Part shown: positions 48,872-61,987 of the stretch, piece after piece
Layout: each line of letters opens with the position of its first letter
How positions within the stretch are numbered: the first letter of the stretch is position 1
Assembly: GCA_010015805.1 (NCBI GenBank)
Contig: ML978122.1
Location: forward strand, 840,453-904,452
Source of the DNA: Rhizodiscina lignyota
Taxonomy: Eukaryota
Reading direction: 5' to 3'
Length of the DNA: 64,000 nucleotides
Notes under the pieces: model-generated
Seen by the model: the letters and a program-made list of their open reading frames with translations, nothing else
Database searches by the model: none
Told to the model about the DNA's origin: nothing
Translations under genes and position numbers: made by a program

Positions 48872-51800
48872 ATGGCTCCCATGGGGGAGTCTTTCTACTT
48901 TCCTCCACTCGACCAGTGCTTGAGCGGAGAGAAGCCGATTCTGTAAGTTCTTAGACTTTGATAAGTGGCTTGAGATCTGATAGATTTTAGGTCTTGGAAG
49001 CATGCATATGAGCTTCTCTCGGAACCTCGAACTGCGATCGCCAGCTTCATTCTCCAGGAATTCCTCAAAGACGGCTATGCAATCAATGTGTTGCGGAGAT
49101 GGCTAGAACCACTTGATCAAGACGATGCCGCAAAGGCTCAAGCGAAGCGCGACTTTATAACCAAAACATCCTCTGCCTCCTTCAGCCACCCTTCTGCGAA
49201 TGAGATCAAGGAAGATGCGAGTTGGCTAGCTAAAGAGATCACTCTCGACGAGCTCAGCGCTCTGCGGATAGCTATCCTCGAGGTTCGCGAAAGGCCAATC
49301 GCACAACTGCAACGAGATTCTGCCGGAGCGGGTGTTCAAAATGTTGTTCAAGGCAGCACATTTGGCTCATCGACTACCGGCCCCACTACCAGCGATCTCG
49401 ACATCCCGCAAACATCCTTCGCTTCGAAGGAAGAACGACGGTCTCGACTGCTACAGACATACATGAGCGAGCGGGTCCATGTGGTGAAGATTGGAGATCT
49501 TCTGCAACGCTTGAAGAGCAAAAATGGATACCGCCTGGGAGATGAAATCGCCCCTGTTTGGCTGATTGATGTTCGTGCCTCGATCAGCGGCTCGACCAGG
49601 ACAGGCGGAGCCGAGTTGTGGTCTCAGACTACACGTATAATTCAGGCTGCGAAGAAGCGCTTCGATCATCTTTTTGACATACCTTGGCTCCGGGAATCCG
49701 TGGAATATCAAGTCAACCCTACGGTGGAAGAATGCTGGGTTTGGACTTGCCTCTCGGAAATGAATGCCATGCTTCAGTTCTTGTTTTTCTCGCTGCAACA
49801 GAGCGAAACAATACCGAACGCTCAGCCGATCCTGGAATGGTTTCAGTTCGTTGGTCAAAATCAATTCTTTCAGAATGTGGCGGCAGTAAGTCAGAAGTAA
49901 CCCAATCCGATTGCATTGCTAACATTTATTTGTAGACTTCACCAAGCCAGCAACCTGCAGTTGTACAGTTACAGGCTCTTGCTGCTGTAATATCAATCAG
50001 CATATTCCGTCTTCCAGCTCTAGCGAGACTCATGGTGGCATTCAGCGAGTCTGGTTCTACGAATGATACCCGCGAGTTCGAAACAAGTTTTATCTGCCAG
50101 ACTACATGTATCGCCGACCTACAGACTATCTTCCTGGATGCTATTGAACTTGGGCCTAGCCCTGCTGCTCCAGCCCTACTCCTATGGGCCCTTCTCGCTT
50201 TCATGTTAAATGACATCGCCAATTTATCGGCAGAAAAGAGACGCCAGTCAATCGCCTACGACACCGATTCCACGAGAAGCCGAAGAGAATCTATGACCGC
50301 CGACCCAATAACTGCAGTCGAACGTGGAGTCGAAGTAATTCGAATGACCATCAACGCGGAACAACCTTTCGCAGAATTAGGAGCGGCAGCTGCTGATCGT
50401 TGTCAAGCCTACGAGGTCATTAGCATGCTTGGTAGCGCTCTTCAAGAAACACTTGCTTTCGGTGTGGACGACATGATCCAGCGTTCTGCGAGAAGTGTAA
50501 TGCTTGAACTGCTGGATATGACCGAGCCAACAGCTGGGTACACACCAAATATCGTTGCTGCAGCTCTTGCCCTTATCGGCGGCTCCCAAAGATCTTGGGA
50601 CAGCCTGGTTAAAGAGCATCTCAACACAATCACGGATGGCTTCGCGAAAGAGGGCAGTCTTGCGCGTCGACTGGAGATGGAGGCACAGAAACGCTATCCC
50701 CTGGAGCCCGCTCCTTTCCTTCAATTCACCAAACTCTCCACTCAACTCTCTACAACCCCAGCCGGCAACAATATGTCAACGCTGGTCGAGCTCCAGCGAC
50801 TACCTACCTTCACCCAAGCTATGCCGCTCGAGTTCCAAAGCTACTCTCTTCCGCTATATGACACTGACGTCAACATCATCAAACTCGATGTAAATCTCCA
50901 GCTGTTCAGACCCAAGCGAGCTGCGATAGGTTGGTCTCAGATATCGTCCACGATGGTTCGTGGAAACGATCATGCCGAGATTTTCATTCCCAGTGAGACC
51001 CAAGGCATTGTCATTAGTCTGGTCCGGCCTCTTGTGGTCTTGTGGCACCACAAACATTCTGCTTTGCAATATCTCACCAATTGGCTTTCAACATTGGTTG
51101 CCGGAAGCGGATGGATTGAAACCGCTTCGGACTCTGCAATCAGCCTTCAAGCGGCAGGTGAAATTATTTCCCTGTTTGCTACTTTCGTGCAGGCCAGCAA
51201 AAGTGGAATCAGGGAGAGTGACGGGTCAGAATTGACTACGGCAAGCATGCTCGGATGTCTTGAGGGGCTCCATGATCCATTACACTCAGACCGAGACTTC
51301 ATGAACATCGTGTTCGACATCTTTGAGCAGCAGTTACGGAGTCATGCCCTCCACCCAGGAGTCGACGGATCCATTGACTTGCTTGTAAGCTGTGCGCTCT
51401 TCTTAGTTGGTGTCACCGATTTGTGCCCAGGCCGAGTCTGGTCCTTCATCTCCAGAAGCCAACTTTTGGAACTTGATGGTAGCGGTGGTAACTTGGTGAC
51501 GATTGTGGAGGCCACGGAAATGGTGAACGGCCAATACGACCTGGTTATTGCGACCATCCGGTTGTTCGAAGCGCTCGTTGAGGAAGCGATTCGCAGTGTT
51601 CTTGCCCGTAAAGCTACGAGGACTTCAACTCGCTTCGGACAAGACTTGTCATTTGACGTAACTCCGGATAGGAGTATCAGCGACATCTTGCTTGCCTTCA
51701 CCAAGACCTTAACTGGACTATTCGGCAGTTCGACAGAATGGCGATTTGCTTCTATTGAAGACAAGTTTGAGATGAACACGAGCATTCTTCGCGTCTTTGG

Positions 51801-54459
51801 GAAGGTCATATCCTATACGTATGGATTTGACGACATCAGCGAAAAGCCGAGCAAGCTAACAGCTGTACTCAACGATTCCGCCCAATACATCGTTGACGCC
51901 TTTCTCACGACCTCTACGAATGATTTAGTATCTCGACCACTTCTCCAAATCCTCGTTGACGCAGCTGGCGTCCCATATGAGCGTCTCCCTAAATCTCTCA
52001 ACTTGTCCTGGAGCACACAGTCCCAGTCTGCGCTGCGCTTCTTAGTTCTCCTTCTCCGTACGAACAGCTTCCTCGGCCTACTGAAGCCCGCGATTGAGTC
52101 GAAGCTTATCCAAATGACATCAACCAATGTTCGCCTGTTTGCAGCGTGCCCTGCCTGTCGAGCACAGATGTTGATGCTCTTCACCGAACTCGTCAAAAGT
52201 GCCGGTCGGTCAGAGAAGGAACCGCCGTCTCTCTTTGGGAACATTCGTGCTGATGCCGCCAAGTCCTTCCTAGCTCTACTGACAGACCTTGCACAGTCAA
52301 ATGAGTCAATTCAGACCCAAATTGCTGTGTGGGACTTCCTGTCTGCGATCATCAGCAGCAAGCAGCAGTGGTTTTCGATCTTTGTTCTGACAGGAACAAG
52401 CCCCCGGGATAACTTGAAAGCTCGAAGTAGCGGAGCACCAACCACGAAGACGTTGTTCCAAGTTGCTCTAGAACACGCATCTGACCTCATAACGCTGAAC
52501 CCCGAGCTTGCTGTTTCCATCTTGACATTCGTCAACATTTCACAGAACTATTGGCCAAGAGTCATTCGAGAAATACGCAAACATCCCAGCTTCGAAGATG
52601 GCGTGTTGGCATACGTCGGGATCTTGCAACGAAACGAAAGAGAACGAGATCCGGAACGATTGACTCAATCATGCCACGAGACAAGAATCGCGTCCATCAT
52701 TGCTGAGATTTTGGCAATGTGCCTTCATTTTGCAAGGCAGTTAGGCGATATCTCCGTTGCAGAGAAAATGGCTCCAAAGCTATCGTACTATAAGGAGTTT
52801 GGTGTTGCTACACCAAGATACAACAACAGTTTACATACCAATCTGAAGAAGAACTTGGAAGCCAAGTACCCTGGGTGCAAAATCCACAACTTGAAGAGGA
52901 CTGATTTGAATCCGGCTGAGTTTGGAGAGTCATTCTACTATGACCTGGACTTTGCTGCCAAGGTTCTCGATTTCGATGCCCATTGGGCGAAGGAGCAGAG
53001 CATCAGGCGAGAATTTCCTATCGCAAATGTCGACTTGTCACTTGTGGAAGCGCAGATGGAACTCCTGAACAGTTGGAAGCTGCTTGCTTCGGAACTGAGC
53101 ATTCTTTCTGGCCAAATCAAATTACCGGAGGGGCTCTTGACCGGAGTGATCCAGAGATGCTTGGAAGCAAATTCCAGCACCGACAATCCTCCAGACATAT
53201 TCGACCGTCTGATACAAGTTCGAGCAGACTTTGCATTCGTCCTTCTGCAAAAATTGCTTCGCACATCAGCACCTTTAGCAGAAATGAAGCCGTTGTTCGA
53301 ATGTGCGTGGACAGCCACCCTCTCCGCTGGCGTTGATTTCGAATTTGCCTTTTCAGGTTCAAATACTGGTTACTACCGCACACTCCTCAAAATCCTATTC
53401 CTCACACTCAAACCGCACTTGGGACTCTCAAAGGTACCACGGTCCTCGGATCCTTCTTCTGCCCTCATTCAGCAGCCACAGATGGGCCCCACTCTTCTCG
53501 GAGTTCTAGACCGCGTTGTAGCTCAAGGCTTTCGGTCTCTTGCAACACAGCTCCACGAGGATCCGAATTCCGTCAATCCCGGAGACTTCATTCTCATCAC
53601 CGCTCTGCTTCAGTCCATTCTCCGCGTCAAGGACGTGACGATGTTATACACTGAAATCGTCATCATTCTCACAAACCACAACGTAACGCGATATGCAACC
53701 AACCTCTTCTCGTGGGCTGACCAGCTCGCATTAGACTCTAGCAGCAACGGCCCCGGCGACCCAGTCTACGGGGAGCTCAGCGTTTTGTTCCTCTTGGAAC
53801 TATCAACCGTTCAACCCATGGCAGAAACAATGGCCATTGAAGCAGTCCTTGCACAGCTTAGCGCTGCTAAACTCTGTCAGTACTTCCAGCGGGGCCAAGG
53901 CATGGGACCGTTCGACGAGCCAGTGCGACTCTTCACTATCTGGTCGAAGGGTATCCTCCCGCTAGCGCTGAACCTCCTTGGTGCTATTGGTGCACCTGTT
54001 GCTGCGGAGATCGCAACATTCTTGAATCAGTTCGCGCCGCAGATGGCGCGGAATGCGCGGAGTCTAGAAACTCGCGCGGTGACGGTGTCAAGACGTGGTG
54101 CAGGTCCCATACCGGGAGCGATCACGTTGGGTCTGGCGAACGAGACACATACGCTCGCCCTGATTTCGTATGGCTTGGACCGCGCTAGAGAGGCTGGTGC
54201 TGCCGTTGGAGTGGTCAGTAGTGATATCCCATCGCTCGAGTGGGACGCCGCTGGTGTTAGGGACGATCTGCAGACTTTGATGAATGGTCGGAAGGGACTT
54301 GCTGATCGGATTGTAGCGGTGACAGAAGGAGAGGAGGCGATTATGAGAGTGGATCCGGTTGCGGATAAGCATGCGGACAATCAGTTGGAGGAGAAGATCG
54401 TTGTGGAGTTCCAGGGAGCACTGAGGTGTCTGGGTGTCGAGAATGGCGACGGAAAGTAG
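48872..54459 (+). CDS. NUP188: Nucleoporin Nup188
   Basis: N-terminal YFPPLDQCLSGEKPIL|SWK; about 1800-aa helical solenoid with WSKGILPL and NLSLVEAQ-like motifs; introns 48943-48990 and 49886-49935. Confidence 0.88.
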
Positions 54460-54913
54460 TTTGGTGCTTGACTTTGAAGTCGGCAAAAGTTAGAGCTCGG
54501 AACAAAAATGCTCTGTATAATAGGAAGTCATGGCAAACGAATGCCGCAACTGGGGTGGCTTTCTTCAAGGCTCTGCTCCTTTTTGATCTCAGTGACTGAC
54601 AACTTCATGGAGTGCAATTATAACATAATGATATGCTTGTTCAGCTTCGTCGACTTAACCCTAACGAGCCTTCTCGCTTGGCTTTTGTGCATATGGAGGA
54701 GATACGTAGGTCGATCTTTGGGAGTAGCCAGGGCCAGGTCAAGTGAATTATGCTCATTTTGGTTTAGGCTGCAATCGGGTGACCTTCACGGCTTTGCTAC
54801 CTGATGATCTTGGTGGCTAAAAGCTTGATGAAGCTTTGTCTAGCCCATGGTCGAAATTGCAAAGGTACTTTATTCTTGGCTGAATTTAAATATACACCCT
54901 CTCGGGATCTTCT

Positions 54914-55012
54914 AAAAATTTAGGGTGCGGTAGGGTTCGTAACCCTGAAAACCCTAGGTCCCGTTAATCAACAGGAAATCCCGACAGGATAGGGTTACAA
55001 ACCCCTAAAATT
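54914..55012. repeat. Nested inverted repeats of telomere-like TAGGGT/ACCCTA motifs
   Basis: agggtt-cgt-aaccct (54932-54946), tagggt 54921 with accctag 54951, and aatttaggg 54917 with cccctaaaatt 55002. Confidence 0.55.
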
Positions 55013-55430
55013 CAGAACCATAAAGCCCGCTTTGGCGTCTAACTCTCAGTCCTTACCCGCACTCTCACTCCGTTTTCTGCAATGCTTCAAATCACCATGC
55101 CTAGCCGACTCAACTATTATTACCCCCGCAGAACTTCTCCTAGAAGGGGTTTAGACTATGTTGAACACGAGCACCGCTTAACTTTGCACTTGCGACTAGG
55201 GCTTTAAGCGCTTGCGTTGCTCTCAGCTCATCGATGCTTGTGTCTAGAATGCTGACAGCTGGCAGGAGAGCTGGCCATTTGACAGCCTCGTGATTGTCGA
55301 GGGCCTGAGATCTAGCGACCTCTGCCGCATTTCAAGGAACGCTACGTTTCTGCACAGTTTTCTGTTGCAGCGACATGAAATTTTTCATTTCAGCCTCGTA
55401 TAAGCCGATCATGGACATTGCCAATCATGA

Positions 55431-57442
55431 TTAGCAAATATACGTGTCCTCTTCTAACAGTAGCGACTGTGACTGCCCTGCATTCCTCGTAGTTGTCCCT
55501 ACCACGTCCCGCCAAAAAGTGAACTTGAAGAGCCTAACGAGCCAGTTTCCTGTCATCTTGCGCTTGCTGTCGGGTACAACGATGAACCTGTTGTCTCGGA
55601 GCGTTTCGACGGAGCTGTGGAAAATAGCGTTCTCGGGAATGGCTCGATACGCGCCGTAATTCGGCGGAAGCCATTTACTGTTTTTGATGTCAACATGTCT
55701 GACATGTGAATGCTGAATAAGAGGGACTTACGATACCCATGGATCAGGAGTCTTTCCTTCGACGTATTCCCAGCGACTGAAGGGGAGAAATTCTAAGAGA
55801 CTGGTCAGACTGCGCAAGCGTAAGAAGTCAACAATAACCATGATGGAAACTCACCCATTAACCTCCAACGCAAGACCTGAAAGAATCCAAGGCCTTCTTT
55901 GAGCTTAAGAGGGTCGTGCAACGTGGCTTTTACCAATGCAGTCTTGCGTAATCCCTCTTCTTCCCTGCACCCGTTTAACTCCCAAGACTGTTGCTGAACG
56001 TAGACGTGTCTCGTCAGCCATTTCACCTTGTCATCCTGCCAATCAAGCTTGCTCTAAACGATGCAATCAGTTTCGAAGTCGCTGCACAGCATCCAGACAC
56101 TCACAGCTTTTGTTTCCTCGATGATCCTCACTTCGGCAACCATCCACTTTAAAGCAACGTCTGACAGCAAGTACTTGGTTTCTCCCACGTTCTTGACCTT
56201 GGCCAACGGCCACCCGCCCCCCACATCCCCATGATTGCCCGCAAACCAAACTTCCTTAAGCGTGTTCACGGGACGGTCGGGGCCCCCTCTTTCCGCGTTG
56301 TTGAGTAGGAATAGAGAAGGCCTGAACATGGCTCGTCGCTCATGGATAGACACTGCATGTCGAATATGCCTTGCCGGCGCATGCAGGATGTAAGGCGTCA
56401 TGTCTCTGGTGCTGCTGAATGTGGCGACACTGTTTACGCAATCGAACAATCCCAAGAAGTACACCCGGACCCCTGGGCGACAAAACGTCGACTTGAAGAT
56501 TTGCATGTATTCATAGGCTTCCTGCTTGGTCTTGACCCTGCCATTACCCATTGCCCGGCTGGCCCCGTGGCTGTACAGGATTGCAGATCCTTCCAGTCCG
56601 TATCTTGCTTCAAAATTTGGGATTGGGTTGGGACTGAAACCGTCTGGCAGGTTTGGGTCTGCTTTGGGTTTTACTTTTTGATCGGCCTTTGGTTCAGCCT
56701 CTGGATCAGGCTTTGTGAAGCGGTCTCCCGGACCAAGGTCGTTCTCTTCTATGACATTTCTCGCGAGACTTCGACGCTCAGCAGTGGGACGCTGATGCTC
56801 TGGTGATTCCGAGTCTCTCTGCGGGTTGTGAACAGCATTTGTGCTCTCTTCGTCCCACGTTCCATCCGTCGTCTCGGTAACCTTCTCACGATCGACGGTC
56901 CCACCAAGCCGCTGAAAATCGCTAAATGTCTCCCATGCGAACTGAATCAACTCCTCGTTGCCCATCGAGAGCAGTCCAATATTGTCAATCATCTCACTCA
57001 AGAAGCGAGCCGTGTATGCCCCGCGACTAAATCCGAAGATGTAGATCTTATCACCAGGCATGTAGTATTTGAGAATGAACTGATATCCTCCAATGACGTG
57101 ATGTACGAAGGACGTGCCGAACATTTCGTCGAGCGTCGAATGGATCTTGTCTCTTGTCTCGGCGAAGATACCCTTGGCTTCTGTATTGTCCAGCTGCCCA
57201 GGTCGATATGTCCCGATCCCAGCTTGAGAACTGTTAGCACAGACCTAGAAATACCATGATCACCACTTGCGTTGGTAGTAATGAAATTGGTCGCTTGTAG
57301 TCCTGTTGAGCATTTCATACAGCTTGACAATGTTGGAGTCTTGCTCAGTCGCTTCAAATTTATTGTCAGTCCCATCAAAGCACAAAACAAGGCGCCTCCT
57401 AGGGGCCGTTGTCTCATTAGGATATTCGGCTGTTCCTGCCAT
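55431..57442 (-). CDS. DUF2235 (Tle1-like) alpha/beta hydrolase
   Basis: RRLVLCFDGT, SNIVKL, YYQ|PGIGTY, FGFSRGAYTARFL, FLGLFDCVNSV, RHAVSIHERR, EVWFAGNHGDVGGGW and WLPPNYGAYRAIPENAIFHSSV; four introns, the first GC-AG. The 3' end is approximate. Confidence 0.9.
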
Positions 57443-58069
57443 GGTGTGAAGAGAAATGACCACTTGGAAAACAATTCTGAGGGACCTGGTCTGACGAAAT
57501 CGTTCAGATCATACCTTAAGCAAGATAAGAAATCGCGAAACTGGGCTGACCAGCGAATACATGTTCAATTGCCGTTTATCTCACAACTCGGAAATACCAC
57601 CGGCATAGACCGCTCTCTTTTTTCAGCACTCCCCCCAACCTCCCGCCCTCCAATCTCATTCCCAAATGCCGACATGCTGAAAGCCCAGATGTCGATCACT
57701 GAAAGGCCTCCTGCAAAGGCCGAAGCAGCTCGGTCTACGTCGCATAGAGCTGAACCAATGCTGGCCACCCAGCTCGTGACCTGAATGTAGCTGCTGCGTT
57801 TATCTCTGCATCATGCCAGAAGCTTGGAGCGCTGGGGTATTAGAGTTCATCTTGTGACTACCTACCTCACCATTCAAACCACAGCTGAAGTATTCGCATC
57901 GCAACCCCAGACCTGCAGGGATTGCTCGCAAGCGAAGTCCAGGCGCGCCCAAAATCCGAATCCAGAATCTCGCCTTTGCATCTCACTGTCGTTATGGAGA
58001 GGCTTCGCTGAGCTCGCACCCTTTGAATCATGGACTTGCTGCAACAGAGCGCTTTCAGCTGCTTCAGCA

Positions 58070-58620
58070 GCGCCCAATAGAGTGCGACATCAACAGAGAA
58101 AGATTGGAGCTGTGGCCATGTGATGCTGAAAATGGCCAGAAGCACTCGCTCGGGTAGTTTCAAATGCCTTGAGGAACGAGAATAGCACGGTCAAAGTCCC
58201 AGTTTCAACATGCAAAGCACCTTTCAGCCTCGCCCGGCACTCTCGGTCCTTGGCTCCCACGGTCGATGCTCTCCGTGAACGCTTGATCGAGAAGACTGAC
58301 CTCTGCGTCGACGAAATATTTTCTTGTGCGATGTTGACGAGCTTGCAACTGCATCTTGTATATCCACCGTGAATTGCGCCTTGGCTGGATGCTTTAAAGA
58401 AGGCGCCTCGCTGAGTGGCAATGCAGCACGATCGCGACTTGCATGGTCTTATAATATTTCCACCGTCTATCTAGACGAGTCCGGGTGTGATGAGAGGATT
58501 GAACCCCGAAAGACTGCATCGCCTCCACCAGATGCACCCGCAAAGGTTCCTGGACATCAGCGCAATGACCGCTCCCAGGTCCTGCTTGGGTACGCTCAGA
58601 GCCTCAGAATCGTAACACCA
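58070..58620 (+). mobile_element. Degenerate Tc1/mariner (IS630-Tc1, Ant1-like) transposase relic
   Basis: Collinear fragments across several frames: APNRVRHQQ, RSLAPTVDALRERLIEKTDLCVDEI, ISTVNCALAG, VYLDESGCDERIEPRKT and QRNDRSQVLLGYAQ (region of the first catalytic Asp). Confidence 0.7.
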
Positions 58621-59593
58621 AGGGCCAATCTGTCGGAGCACACAGCGAGTGCGACGCGGCGAGTATCGTGGATTTAATTGAAGACAGAGAAAACTCTGGA
58701 GGAGAGGAATGCTACAATACACAAGTGCACGTGCTTACGCGCTAGTGACACTACGATATGGACTAACCGATGGAAGCTTATATTAACTGCATCTTATAAT
58801 CTCGCTTTAAATCGGAAGAGATCCTATTAAATACAATCCCGCTAATTCTGCGTGCTATCTCACTTGAGCGGGTGAGAAGCTCAAGCTAAAATGCGCGTTA
58901 TCGACTCTTTGATCGAGATGACACTTCGCGACGAATCCTATTTGAATACCATCATTCCTTGGGCGTATCGCAACACATCCAAGATTAAGCCCATATCCCG
59001 CATCCTAATGCCCTTAAAGAGGCCAGCCTATACTCCTGATATAGGAGAAGAGAATATAAATCAAAGGTAAGGGATGTGTAAGTTAACATGTCAAAGGCAA
59101 CGAGCAGGCCTTTGTAACAATTGAATGTAATCATCTGTATGGTTTCAATTTGAAATATACACTCCTCTACTCGCTTGATATAAAGTATAAACATGGTCGG
59201 TAATATCTATGTGCCTGTATTCTACATTTCTTACGACTGGGCGGGTGAGCCAATGCACGAAAGGTTATGAATATCTTACACTCCTCTCTTCCACCAAAGT
59301 TGAACGATCGTGGAAAGTCCGTAAGATATGGATAATTCGTTCTCGCAGCAGGTAGGACTGCCCCTGAAAGGGCTATAGCAACTGTAGCATTTTGCTCTTT
59401 AGGGAGAGAGGTGCAACCTCCGAAGGTCGATACGATGTGCGATATCCTATTCTTCACGAAAAGTAGCACTATCGCTAGAAGCTCGCATATCTAGGTATTG
59501 GAGAGAACTTCTCTGTACTTGAGCACTGTGTGCTACTCCGATGATATCAACTTACTATTCACTGCTCCATGCTATCGACTAGTGGAGAAACTC

Positions 59594-60964
59594 TTAGTCC
59601 CAGTATTTGATCAACCCCGCCAAGTCACCAGTCACCACCTTACTCGTCTCTCTCGGGTGCCACTGGCACGCCACCACGGGCGTCTCGCTCGCCTTGATCT
59701 TGTGCCACATCTTGCACGTCTTCCAGTCCCAGAAGCACACATAGCCACCCGAGTCACCGCTCATCACGATGCCACCATCCGGCGAGATATCCACATCAAT
59801 AGCGTACCCAGCATTATTGTGCCCCTTGAAGCCCTTCTTCCTGTTCTGCCGGAAGCGCTCGCTGCTTGCGTACACCACGATCTGGTTGTCCTGGCTCTGG
59901 AACGCAACGAACGGCTTCTTCGGGTGGCTGGCGGCGCGCACCATGCTGAACATGTGCGGTTCGGCGATGAACTTGATCGGTACGGGTATGCCGTACTCCC
60001 ACGCGCGCAGAGACTTGTCGTCGCTGGTGGTGATGAAGCGCCGATTCTCGTCGCAGAAGGTCACCGTGTTGACCGGACCCAAGTGATGGTCGTACTCTTG
60101 CACCTGCTCCCCGCTCTTCGTGTCAAACTGCACGATCTTCTTGTCCGCCATGCCGGCGAGGAACTCGTGGTTGTGCGCTGGGTCCGGGTTGAAGCGGACG
60201 ACGTGGGCGGTCTTGCCGGTGCTGAAGCGAGAAATGCATGCGCCAGTTTCGGTGTCCCAGAGCTTCATCTGCCGATCGTACGAAGCGGTTAAGAAGCGCG
60301 TCCCGTCGTTGTTGAAGGCGATGTCGTTCACGGATTTGCTGTGGCCCGAGTAAGTGCGCAGGAGACTGCGCTCGTGGTACACGTCCCAGAGCTTCACTTT
60401 GCAGTCGGCGGAAGCGCTCAGGAGTAGGTGGCCCGAGCTGGGGAAGAAGCGCATTTGGTTTATCGGACCGGTGTGGCCCTTGAAGGTGTGAATCTGTCGC
60501 TTCGGATGGTAGCACTGCAGACTGCTGATGTCGCCGCGCAGATCAATGCCCAGATCCTGTGGCACATGCATGTATGTCCTGCCCTGGTAGTCGTACATCT
60601 CCTCGCCATGGAATTCACTCGTCTCTTTACTGCCATTGTCACCTTCGTAGTCTGTGCCTGCAGTTGTGGCTGGTCTCGCTGGCTGCTCCTCAATCTCATC
60701 CTCCTCGTAGACCACGACAACCTCTTCGTCTTCATCCGAACTCTCCTCCGGCGTGTCTTCCTTGTATTTCGCCCATGGTCCTTTATACGCGCCTGCGCCG
60801 TAGATTTTGGAAGGGTCCCCGGCTTCTTCACGCTTGCGCTTCTTGGTGGGTGGCTCGGCGGCGGACTGGAGTTTGTTGTGAGCAGCGCGAAAGGTGCTGT
60901 CGCTGATGACGATTTCGTCGGCCCAACCGGTGGGTACCCTGCCGCCGTTGGTGCTGTTCGACAT
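59594..60964 (-). CDS. CDC40: Pre-mRNA splicing factor CDC40/PRP17 (WD40)
   Basis: YDYQGRTYMHVPQDL, FFPSSGHLLLS, QEYDHHLGPVN, TTSDDKSLRAWEYGIPVPIK, FKGHNNAGY, WHPRETSKV, IKYWD; no intron. Confidence 0.96.
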   Translation of the reverse strand: MSNSTNGGRVPTGWADEIVISDSTFRAAHNKLQSAAEPPTKKRKREEAGDPSKIYGAGAYKGPWAKYKEDTPEESSDEDEEVVVVYEEDEIEEQPARPATTAGTDYEGDNGSKETSEFHGEEMYDYQGRTYMHVPQDLGIDLRGDISSLQCYHPKRQIHTFKGHTGPINQMRFFPSSGHLLLSASADCKVKLWDVYHERSLLRTYSGHSKSVNDIAFNNDGTRFLTASYDRQMKLWDTETGACISRFSTGKTAHVVRFNPDPAHNHEFLAGMADKKIVQFDTKSGEQVQEYDHHLGPVNTVTFCDENRRFITTSDDKSLRAWEYGIPVPIKFIAEPHMFSMVRAASHPKKPFVAFQSQDNQIVVYASSERFRQNRKKGFKGHNNAGYAIDVDISPDGGIVMSGDSGGYVCFWDWKTCKMWHKIKASETPVVACQWHPRETSKVVTGDLAGLIKYWD

Positions 60965-61609
60965 GTTGCAAGGTTGAAGAAAGGGTTGTTGTTGATGTGA
61001 AGTGGGATGCCGTTACCTCGAAACTTTTTCTGGTTAAGAGTGACGTTGGTCTTGGCGCGCTCATGTTTCCCGCGGCACGCGTTAGGTATCAATTTCACGC
61101 GAACAAGCAACGCAGACCTCACTTATTCATCAATGTTCGGAAATTTCCTCATATTAGACACTACCTAATTCGCCTGCATGTGGGCATATAATTTCTACTC
61201 TCTGTACAACGTCCATGCTCAGCGATTGATGATGCCCATCAGGGCTCTCTCATCTTCCTGACCTCAGCTCTATTCACTGCTTTTGCTCTCATGGTGGCTA
61301 TGTGCCTGAGACTACATATTCTCTTCCTTCATTGCAGCAATGCGGCGCGTTGTCCCATTCAGCATCCATTGCTGAAGCAAGAGTCTTCCATTCGTGATAG
61401 ACAATCGGCCGTCGCAATGTCACCGTCTGGCTCGAGGATGATCCGCCTGCTTTTGCGCTTCGTCGAGAGCAAGTGCTCGATGCATAAGGATCGTTCGATA
61501 TGCGCGCTGCTGGGAATATGCGGCCGTTGATGTTGTGCTAATTTGTATAGTGAGGGCCATGAGTTCGGTATTAGAAGAATCGTATATCATCCCCGATCCG
61601 AGTCCACCA

Positions 61610-61987
61610 CTATGGCAATGCAGCCATGGACGCATTCCTCCCAAGCGCATTCGTTGCAACCACGACGGCCTTCTCCATCGCCTCCACGGATGGCGAGACG
61701 ATTATATTTCCGACGACGCTCAGCTGCGGCAATTGCTTGCTCTCCAAGAGCGAACGCACTAATGCGACGACCGTGTACGAGAAGATTTGGTTGGAGAGCC
61801 ACAGTACCGCAGAAAGAATTGCCAATGTAAAGAGATAGCAGACGAGACGTTCACCCGGCGTCATGACGTAGAGACCAAACGTGACGATGAACCAGTAGTG
61901 GAAGTCTGAAAGCTTGTCTCGAATCGCATTGAATGGGGAAGCGTCGCGCTTCGTCTCGTGGTATATCACATGCTCGGGAAACCCCAT
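61610..61987 (-). CDS. Serine palmitoyltransferase small-subunit-like (DUF3317) membrane protein
   Basis: HYWFIVTFGLYVMTPGERLVCYLFTLAILSAVLW fits the Y.vTf.lYm.tP.E + transmembrane-helix pattern. Confidence 0.6.
   Translation of the reverse strand: MGFPEHVIYHETKRDASPFNAIRDKLSDFHYWFIVTFGLYVMTPGERLVCYLFTLAILSAVLWLSNQIFSYTVVALVRSLLESKQLPQLSVVGNIIVSPSVEAMEKAVVVATNALGRNASMAALP

Noticed and set aside
54914..55012. Telomerase RNA template or true telomere
   Set aside because: There is no TAACCCTAA template and no tandem TTAGGG array.
59498..61122. Long overlapping ORFs around CDC40 (264, 220 and 190 aa)
   Set aside because: These are shadow frames produced by high GC at third codon positions of the real gene.
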